DNA of 64,000 nt from Callorhinchus milii. Lineage: Eukaryota. This document shows, in pieces, positions 55,243-64,000 of this stretch (positions are counted from its first letter, which is position 1; every line of letters starts with the position of its first letter). The stretch is taken from NCBI RefSeq assembly GCF_018977255.1, contig NW_024704752.1, forward strand, positions 15,500,001 through 15,564,000, in the 5' to 3' direction. A program made the translations under genes and the position numbers. Below the pieces are notes generated by a model, which saw only the letters and a program-made list of their open reading frames with translations, made no database searches and was not told the origin of the DNA.

Positions 55243-55265
55243 TCTCTCTCTCTCTCTCTCTCTCT
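55243..55265. repeat. (CT)n microsatellite
   Basis: Seen directly. Confidence 0.95.
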
Positions 55266-57951
55266 TTCCCCCTCACTTCATTTGCGCGAAAGGAAACTGC
55301 ATTTTCATTTAGAGATGTTCGTCTTAAACGTCTCATTTGAATTAAATCTCATTTAAACCTCGCAAAGCAGCAGTGGTTCGGCCGGAGTGCGAGTGCACTG
55401 TTGGGCGATGCAGTGGCGAGAGAATGGAATGCAATTAAAGCACTTTCTGAAACACATGTTTGATGCCTCGTAAAACTACAGAGAGAGGCGCACAATATTT
55501 TGACACTTAATCTACGTTTGGCACTCGGTAGAAGGCGAGACTTTTAAGCTGCGAGACATAACCAACTATTGCTCAGGACAACGTCGAATATTTCATACGT
55601 TCTCGTCAACACGAGTTCCCACTAAACACATCCAAGGCAGAGAGAGGGGGAGCGGACGAGGTGTATAAGGTGCCGAGCCTTACAGATAGTTTTAAATGAG
55701 AATCCGACTGATCGGTTGGTTGGTTATCTTTGTGAGCTGATTTGCAACTCTCGTCTGATCGCTCCAACGTTAGGACTTTGCTCGCAGTGAAACCCGTACA
55801 ACTTCGCCGCGATTCAAGTCGTACGGTCACTCGGGGATCAGTCTCGAAATTCAAAGAGAAGCTATTGTCAGTACCCACTCCTGCAACTCCAGGAGGAACC
55901 CAGAGCAATAACTGGATCAATTGGAGACATACATACCTGTACACCCCCCCCCCCCCCCACCCCCAAACAAAAACGATCAATAGCAACAGTGCAACTTTAG
56001 GCATTTGAATTCGATTGAATCCGATTTCTAGATGTTTAGAAATGTACACATTAAGGACACAGACTGCGTTGCTGCGAAACGTGTGGATGACTTCCTCCAG
56101 TAACCGTATTTGCTGATGCATTTTAGTACCGATTCCCGCAACGGATTGTTTTTGTCTATTTAATCAAAATACAGAATTGCTAATGGTTTTATTCCCCCCC
56201 CCCCCCCCACCCCCTCCCGAATTACTTTCAGACATTTCACCGCGTGTACTCACTGGGACTCTTCCAACCCAACGCCTAACGCTTTCTCCTTCGGTTTCAG
56301 CAGATGGTGTTTAAAAAAATAATAATAATAATAAAGAGTCAAATGTAAAAAAAAAACACACACATCGTTGACACCCACGCCACTAGTTACCTCCAAAACG
56401 AAAGCACGACTTCTTATCACTGCGATCTAGTTCAGAATAAGGAGAGATGGGTTTAATCTGCATTGCAGAGCCGACCCTCATAGGTGCAATAAAACAAATG
56501 CAGGCATTTGTGTTGACTACAACTTTAAAGGCAGGAAACAACAGGATCGCTGGTTAAGGTACAGATTGGAAAGCAAAAGTAAACGAGCGATCAACTTCTG
56601 GGATAGGGGCAGGGAGCTTCATTGCAGAAACCGTGAGAGAATGGTGTTTCAACTGGTTTAGTTGATCTATTTGCAGCATGCTGATTCATTCGTGGCATTT
56701 ATGAATAAGTGAGTGCATTTTAATTCAGAAAGAACATATAGTTAACACTGCAGGTTTCATTGTGTGCACTTGGTTTGGAATTGTCGTGTTCCTGTTTCTG
56801 TTGAGAGGAGTGGTGATTTATTATAATTATGTCACCCGTTTTGTTTTCTTTTGCAATGTTTGTGTTTACTTTGTGTTTTTGACCAAAATGTCGTGATGTC
56901 ATATGAAAAAAACTCATCATTTCTTTAAGGCTCAGTAGACATTGTAATGGTATCATGATGTTTTGGCCACTCTGTATTTAAATCTTCAAGCTCTACTATC
57001 TTAAATGTAATCCTAAACGATTATAATTATTTAAGAATCTTACCTAGAAACCCCTGCATGCGAGAATGCACAGAATTAAAGGAAATATGATCCCTATAAC
57101 CTCAACAGCAGAATGGATCCACTGTTAGAAAATGGAAAGCAAAAGGTGTCAATATGTCTCAAATGCCTCGCAATGTCACAAATTCTCGTCTGTGCATTAT
57201 GCCTGTGTTTCAATGTGTTTCAATGACATTTATGGAAACGAACAATGACTTTCAAGTCACTTAAAATAAATGTGTTCTTCGTAAAGTTCTTCCCCGTGGC
57301 ATACATATCTTTAATTGGTTTTAGCCTTTACTTAGGCTCTTGCATATTGCTTTGCTAGGAACAGCCATCTGAAGAGACTTGTCCCCTATTCTTTCTGGGT
57401 TCCCATTCATAAGTGCCAAAGATAACATCTGCTCCGCAGATATAATTCGTTCTCTGGCTTTCTGAAAATACAAAAAAAAACAAGTATTGTGCTTGTTAGT
57501 TTACCATTCGGATTCAAAAAAAATCCTTTTCTGTCCTGTTTAGAAAGTCAATGTGCGAAACGCGTTGCCATCTTTGGTTTGCAGTCCTGTTTGTTTAGTG
57601 GGGGTTTTAAGGGTAGACAGTCAGATTTGGAAGACTGTGCTCTACCCCTTCCTTGTAAGGCCAACCCGAACATCAGCATATAAGTCGATCAGTATCTAAT
57701 GGATACTGTCTGCTCTTCTCTGTGCCGCTCTTAACAAAAGTTAAGATTTTTTTCAATATCCCCTACTTTGACCTACAGAACATAAACGCATATTCTAGTT
57801 TTACATTCAGTGACACCGCCATCTCATAAACGGTCAAAAAAAAATGAGTCTTGCACATTGACGTTGTTGGATAAAACGCCAGATGCCTTAATAAAAAGTG
57901 AGATGAACCAAGCAGTTTGTTTAAAATCTGTTCAATTATAAATGGCTATTT

Positions 57952-57958
57952 TCTCTCC

Positions 57959-57995
<37 letters not shown>
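57952..57995. repeat. Compound (CT)n(AT)n microsatellite
   Basis: Seen directly. Confidence 0.95.
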
Positions 57996-58355
57996 GGGAC
58001 TCCAATATTGTGTGCATTTAGAGCACAGGGTGATCGTATTTCACTGTATTCCGTCATGCGTGTGGTTCACGTGAAGGAATTCAGTGCGAGTGGGTCATTC
58101 TCCTATTACTGAGAACGTGTGTTGCTGAAAAAAAAGCCCATGTTAAACGTGTTAACTTGCCATTCAGGCTCAGCAACTCCAAGAAAAACCGTGGAAACAG
58201 GAGGCAATGTAATAACAGGTAAGAAGCAGCTAACCCCCCCCCCCCACCCCAAACACAACCACCACCACCACCCCCATCCCCAGAATTGAAACTGTGATAC
58301 GGTAAAACAAGTTGAAACTCCATGGCCTGCAGCTGGCTTCACAAAGCTTTTGCGA

Positions 58356-58380
58356 TGTGTGTGTATGTGTGTGTGTGTGT
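58356..58380. repeat. (TG)n microsatellite
   Basis: Seen directly. Confidence 0.9.
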
Positions 58381-59794
58381 TTTTGCAGTTAACCCGTGCT
58401 GATTCGGTGTGTGCTCTGTTCTGCCCCCAGACCTCTGTGTGGTTCACACATCTTGAGCTGCAATGCACCGAACCCGACTGCTGCTTTCTGCCTCACGAGA
58501 AAGTTTGACTCGTGTGAGTGAAGGTGCAGTGGGTTACTTACTAAAAACTAAAAGCCTCCAAAAATTCCAACCTGTTGCAAATATCACTTACCGACTGTGG
58601 TTCGCACGTGCACAAAGTAGGACATTTGACAGGGAAGGGTACATTGGCTAAGCACAAAATGTTAAAAGAAACTGTGCAATAGGCATTTTGAAATATTTGG
58701 GTTGCGATGTTAAATTGACGTGAGAAAGCGTTTAATCTTGTGTGACACAACGCTTATCTAATTATAGGAATTCAAATGCTGGTTGTTTGCAGTAAACGGT
58801 GCTCGACCTTTTTACTTTATTCCCCGTCACTGTACGACTGCAATTCACAGCTAACTGTGCGTCAAAGCTGCTGATGGTGAGTTGAACTGTTCATGTCTTT
58901 CAACGGGGATCCTTGTAAAGAAGGGATGTTCTCGTGGGTTCATTATCAGTAGAATTTGGACAGTGAAGGATAGGACTAAGCCGCAATGAGCAAAATACAA
59001 TCCCCAACAGCTAAATACAGTAGTTCAGTTTCCTCATCCGATGACACTGAATTAAGCTTCACCTCACTCACTCATCACGTCAACATTGATTCTACTTTTA
59101 AAACCACAGCTTCCATATTTGTTTATTTTGGGGATTATTTGAAATGATAGCTTCCTGGCCATATTAAATGCAGTTTTTTTTTTAAAAAAAAAGGTATTAC
59201 ATTAACACAGAGAAAGACTGATTTATTGCAGTCCTGGACACAACGTGAACAAGTGAGGGAAGACTGATCAGCCACTGCACCAAACCGTGTTGACAAACAG
59301 CACCGTAAACACTAACCTACTGAAGTGCAGAAGGTATTGAAATTGATATCCTCCTGCCTGTCCAGGCTGCAGCTGAGGACATCTCGCCTCCTGATTATTT
59401 CCGTCCTACAGTCCTCCCGACGCACACATGTCAGTCGGTGGACGAGATGTGATTAACCGTACAATGTATTTATTTACTGCTTCGTGCCTTTTCACTCCCT
59501 GGAGTGTGTCACTGTTCACGTCCCAGTGGTTCCTCATTTCTCAAGGAACTCATCAACCGGCAGTGAGGATATTTGCAGCCCAAACAGCAGTCAGTGCTTA
59601 TTGACGTTAAGCAATTGATCGCCAAAAAAAAAAAACACGTATCAGCAGGAAAGGGAAAGGTAATTGCAATAAAGTTACGTGAAGCAGCCATGTGGCTGTT
59701 GAGCATTGGGGTGTTTTGGTTTGTTTCTTCGGTAGAATGGCAAGGAATAGAGTCGGGTCCATCCACTGCCACTCACCGGGAGATAAAAGACAAG

Positions 59795-60021
59795 TGCGAT
59801 TTTTTTTTTGGGGGGGTGGGGGGTGGGGGCTGGGTGGAGGGGGTGTGGGGGGAGAAGATTCCAGGTCACAGTATCCGTCGTGGAAATACCTCATAGACAG
59901 AGGCAACATACCGATATGGGTGGTCGGCAAAAAGGGGACTCGTTACCCACCTCTCCCCCCCCACATCTCTCCCCCCCATCTCTCCCCCCCCCCCCCCCCC
60001 ACCCCCCGAAAAGAAATCGCA
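59795..60021. repeat. Imperfect G-rich/C-rich inverted repeat (arms 59795-59855 and 59952-60021)
   Basis: Left arm TGCGATTT...G-runs...TGTGGGGGGAGA; the right arm's reverse complement reads TGCGATTTCTTTTC...G-runs...TGTGGGGGGGGAGA. Confidence 0.7.
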
Positions 60022-60490
60022 GCGCCTCCGGGATTTGTTTGGTAAAGTAGAGAACTGCAAAACACCAAAGACTTTCTGTGTTGCTGATAAATCCGTCTCA
60101 GACACTGATAAATCTCCCTTACAGTCTGCTACTCGAACCGAGTCAGTCAGATCAACCTGCGAGTTACTGTGCTATGATTTATACACTCGGGTCAGGTCCA
60201 AACTACCATGTGATCTGATCCACATCAATGCAAACCGGATTTGCTGGTTCTTTCGCAGGTCTGAAACCTTTCGTTATCTCTTCAGACACTGAGGACAAAG
60301 TTCCTCCGAATCTGCATTCCTCTATTTATCGTTATTTAGTCTGACACCACTCAACTCTACACCAGAAAACATACGATGGGCGAAATGTCACATTGCACAG
60401 TGTTGTGTTGTAAGTGTGTTGCGCTTTTCCAATACGACGTGTGGGTCCTTCTTACAATAAAATGGTGAATCTTCAATTTGCTCTTTTTTT

Positions 60491-60660
60491 TCTCTCTCTC
60501 TCTCTCTCTCTCCCCCACTTTGACTATTTCAATTAGTCGTCCAAACCGAAGTCTCTTCTGGGTGCGATGTTCCTTCCCTTTCAGTTCACAAAAAGCACTG
60601 CTCTTGTGTGTGTGTGTGTGTGTGGGTGTGTGTGTGTGGGTGGGTGGTGGTGGTGTGTGT
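60491..60660. repeat. (CT)n and (TG)n microsatellites
   Basis: (CT)n 60491-60512 and (TG)n-rich 60605-60660. Confidence 0.9.
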
Positions 60661-61132
60661 CGGTGGGGGGGGAGTGTAAATGAGGAACAATTCATCCAAG
60701 GACATTGTGATGAAACGAACACCTGAAGTTCTAAAAATAAAACAACGTCCCATTATTTTTTTTTAGATTGTCATCGGGACGATTTCATGGCTGTGTGGAG
60801 TGTGTCCCCTTTTTTTTTTTTGGCGCTGTTGCATTCTGTTTGAGCCTGGCTGGAAGTTGGGAGGAGTGGCAATGGGAATGAAGCAAACGGAAACGAGATG
60901 CGGGGCTCCAATGGGAGGACTGGTGCCTCCACCACATAGGCTGAGAGATTCGCGAATAGGGAGGACACATTTCTCTCTCCATTGCAAGAGGACGAAAAGG
61001 GCACGGCGTAAAGTGATAGAGGCACACAACTTGGTCCGCACAATCTCGGGAACATTACCCCCCTCACCCTACTATTTATTGCCTTTGCACTGGCCAAACT
61101 GAACACGAACTTGAACGAGACTTTGGACCGAG

Positions 61133-61183
61133 CGCACGCACACACACACACCACACACACATACATACACAGAGAGAGAGAGA
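61133..61183. repeat. Compound (CA)n(GA)n microsatellite
   Basis: Seen directly. Confidence 0.9.
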
Positions 61184-61273
61184 TCTGTTGAGGGTAACGT
61201 AACATAACAAAGGGACCCCGCACTGAACCACCAGAGCTGAATAGCTCCCAGTTATTTCTTGATGAGACACCGG

Positions 61274-61489
61274 NNNNNNNNNNNNNNNNNNNNNNNNNNN
61301 NNNNNNNNNNNNNNNNNNNNNNNNNNNNNNNNNNNNNNNNNNNNNNNNNNNNNNNNNNNNNNNNNNNNNNNNNNNNNNNNNNNNNNNNNNNNNNNNNNNN
61401 NNNNNNNNNNNNNNNNNNNNNNNNNNNNNNNNNNNNNNNNNNNNNNNNNNNNNNNNNNNNNNNNNNNNNNNNNNNNNNNNNNNNNNNNN
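61274..61489. other. Assembly gap (run of N) covering the FOXL2 start codon and part of its 5' flank
   Basis: 216 consecutive N. Confidence 1.
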
Positions 61490-62405
61490 GGCCTCTTACC
61501 AGCAACCTGAAGATGATACCATGGTTCTCATAACTGACAACACCACCACTACCAGCACCCCCATAGCCAGCTCCAGAGAGATCGACCGAGACAAGAGCGA
61601 TTCACCCCCGGACAAAGCTGCGGAGAAACCTGATCCTTCTCAAAAGCCGCCCTATTCCTATGTGGCCCTCATCGCGATGGCTATCCGAGAGAGTCCCGAG
61701 AAACGTCTCACTCTGTCGGGTATCTACCAGTACATCATCACCAAGTTCCCTTTCTACGAGAAGAACAAGAAAGGTTGGCAAAACAGCATCCGGCACAACT
61801 TGAGCCTCAACGAGTGTTTTATCAAAGTGCCCAGGGAAGGAGGAGGGGAGAGAAAGGGCAATTATTGGACACTGGACCCGGCTTGCGAAGATATGTTTGA
61901 GAAGGGCAACTACAGAAGAAGGAGACGGATGAAGCGTCCTTTCAGACCCCCTCCCAGCCATTTCCAACATGGTAAGACGGCTATATTCGCCAGTGACAGC
62001 TATGGCTATATCGGTCCTCCCAAGTATTTGCAGTCAACATTCATGAACAATTCGTGGTCTCTTGCACAGCCGCCTGCGCCCATGTCTTACGCCTCCTGCC
62101 AAATGACCGGTGGCAACGTGAGCCCTGTCAGTGTCAAGGGACTCACGGGGCACGCTTCCTACAACCCTTATTCCCGAGTGCAGAGCATGGCTCTGCCCAG
62201 CATGGTGAACTCCTACAACGGCATGAGCCACCATCACCACCCCCATGCTCAGCAGCTGAGTCCGGCTCCACCGCCTTCTTCCAGCAATGGAGCCGGTCTG
62301 CAGTTCTCATGTGCCAGGCAGCCAACAGATCTTTCCATGATGCACTGTTCATATTGGGACCACGACAGCAAACACAGCGCGTTACACACAAGGATAGACA
62401 TTTAA
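61488..62405 (+). CDS. FOXL2: Forkhead box protein L2 (single coding exon; 5' end runs into assembly gap)
   Basis: ORF 61521-62405 contains [111 protein letters not shown] and the FoxL2-specific C-terminus [18 protein letters not shown]. In-frame upstream sequence reads (..G) GCC TCT TAC CAG CAA CCT GAA GAT GAT ACC ATG = [11 protein letters not shown], matching the conserved MMA[S/T]Y..PED N-terminus. The G at 61490 is therefore probably the last base of an ATG (61488), with a first ATG likely at 61485. Stop TAA at 62403-62405. Confidence 0.97.
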   Translation, partial: XASYQQPEDDTMVLITDNTTTTSTPIASSREIDRDKSDSPPDKAAEKPDPSQKPPYSYVALIAMAIRESPEKRLTLSGIYQYIITKFPFYEKNKKGWQNSIRHNLSLNECFIKVPREGGGERKGNYWTLDPACEDMFEKGNYRRRRRMKRPFRPPPSHFQHGKTAIFASDSYGYIGPPKYLQSTFMNNSWSLAQPPAPMSYASCQMTGGNVSPVSVKGLTGHASYNPYSRVQSMALPSMVNSYNGMSHHHHPHAQQLSPAPPPSSSNGAGLQFSCARQPTDLSMMHCSYWDHDSKHSALHTRIDI

Positions 62406-63059
62406 ACGTAAACGCCAACCGAGATCCTATCGAATAATTGAAACCAACCAACCTGCATCCCCCGATCCACCACCATCCCCAGCACCCCCACCCACCCCCA
62501 CTCCCTCCCTCCACCACCAACCCCCCCCCAAACTCATCCACCTTCCCTTTAAACTGTGCCAAAAAAAAAATACAGTGGGGAGCTCCACTGTAAGTGTTTT
62601 GGACTTTTATCTTTGAAACACGAGAAAAAAATTGAGATATCCAGCTGGGAAATGAACTCTGTTTTATGTATTTTAACTACGTGTTACGTATAAGTAAGAG
62701 CCTTTGTGGATTTATTGTTATTTTTTATTTGATGTCTGACCAAGATGTGGTCCAAAATAATATGTTCCCTGATTTTTTTTTCTGTCTTCTACTAAGTTTT
62801 TTTTAAATGTGTGATCCACTAAAAATCGCTAGGATTTGCAGCACTCACCTTGTTCCACTTAGAAGTTAAAAATTGACACAGATTTTTATTTTAACAAATT
62901 TAGCCTGTTGTTTTTTTTTAATGAAAAAAAAACAGACTGTTGAAGCTCTTGTGAAAAAAAAAGAATTGCATCTCGGTAGCTCCGCGCTCTCTGCAGTTTG
63001 GGACCAATTCAAATGTATAGCACTTTCCTACTTGTACTTTCTAGATTTGTAATACTCTT

Positions 63060-63065
63060 AATAAA
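63060..63065 (+). terminator. Probable FOXL2 polyadenylation signal
   Basis: AATAAA about 655 nt after the stop, followed by T/GT-rich sequence (ctgttttccaatttcgctgttt). Confidence 0.65.
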
Positions 63066-64000
63066 CTCCTCTGTTTTCCAATTTCGCTGTTTAAAGTGGT
63101 CGATTTGTCAAGTACAGTATCCTTTTATTCGGTAACTGAAATCTCTCGCCTTTATTATTTTCCAGTTAGTATCTGAATGATTTGCCTCTGATTATTATTG
63201 TGCGGTTGTCTCCTTTCTGCCCCAAGTAAAGCACAAACTCGAAACTGGGATCAAATGTTCAGGCAAAGCAATTTTGTTTGGCAAACTTTAGCTCGTGTGA
63301 TTGAAGTTGAATTACAGTCTATAGAGTTCGTGATGCTCTGTGTGTATGTGTGTGTGTGTATTTGTGCGTTGTTTATGGTGTTTGGATGTGCCATTAGTGG
63401 AAACAAAATATGTGTAATTTAATGCGGTTCCGAATGCTATTTGTATACTCCAAAGAAAACTGCTTTCGATTACGTTTATTAAAGTGCAGTCGTTTGAAAC
63501 TGTTTTGAGGATTATTGCAATTTAGAAATATACGCTCACGTTCTCTGGATGTGCTTTGCGCGTGAAATACATCACCGTGCAGTTAGATAGAGTTTCTCCT
63601 GTCTGAATTACCTTAACCCTAATGAAAATTGCCATTTGTAAATATATATATATATAGTTCCACGGAAACTGCTCACAACTTTGCAATGTCTCTGGTCTGG
63701 GATTGCGATTGGGAGGTGACTTTGTGATCTCTATATTTAAAGGTGAGAAGATAATATTGCAGGAGATTTTCAGAAATGTATTTTTTTATTTGGTAAATCG
63801 GACAGATGGATAATGAAACCTATATCTTTTGTCAAAGGGGATTTTATTGGTAAATTCCATTGCAGGATTTTTTTTTAAAAAATAACTAATCCCTTGGATA
63901 GTTGTGATAGTAACGTTTAATGAACGGTCCAAGTCACTTTCGATTTGATAACAACCATTTGGATTGATGTATAAAAATCAGGACAGTATTTCAACTGACA

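Larger units (their letters stand above)
54800..61273. promoter_or_regulatory. CpG-enriched, TE-free proximal regulatory/promoter domain of FOXL2
   Basis: Visibly more CG dinucleotides than the first 50 kb, no recognisable SINE/LINE, many microsatellites, directly upstream of the gene. The exact TSS cannot be located. Confidence 0.6.

Noticed and set aside
55606-56121. 171-aa minus-strand ORF
   Set aside because: No recognisable motif; it runs through a poly-C tract and is explained by locally higher GC.
60771-61510. 244-aa minus-strand and 83-aa plus-strand ORFs
   Set aside because: Artefacts of translating through the N gap and microsatellites.
61602-62562. Antisense and alternative-frame ORFs overlapping FOXL2
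   Set aside because: Shadow ORFs of a GC-rich coding sequence with no recognisable domain.

Overview
Vertebrate nuclear DNA, most likely a cartilaginous fish, possibly a holocephalan. This is inferred from the repeat complement (tRNA/Deu-type SINEs, shark-type CR1 tails, a Penelope terminal fragment) and a FoxL2 with no polyalanine tract. The only convincing protein-coding gene is the intronless forkhead gene FOXL2 (+ strand, about 61488-62405). Its true start codon lies inside an assembly gap (61274-61489), upstream of the ORF-track start. The first ~50 kb is an AT-rich gene desert with about 15 SINE copies, CR1/RTE/L1/Penelope fragments, two very decayed LTR-retroelement pol relics and several TE-free blocks that look like conserved non-coding elements. 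The last ~14 kb has no recognisable TEs and is CpG-enriched, as expected for a developmental regulator. I found no demonstrably new biological system. The best leads are a relic with a retrovirus-type RNase H motif, a candidate spliced divergent lncRNA, a G/C fold-back upstream of FOXL2, a decayed Penelope hammerhead ribozyme, nested antiparallel SINE-tail insertions and a miR-133/miR-17 seed module in the 3'UTR. All homology calls come from recognising motifs by eye, not from database searches.
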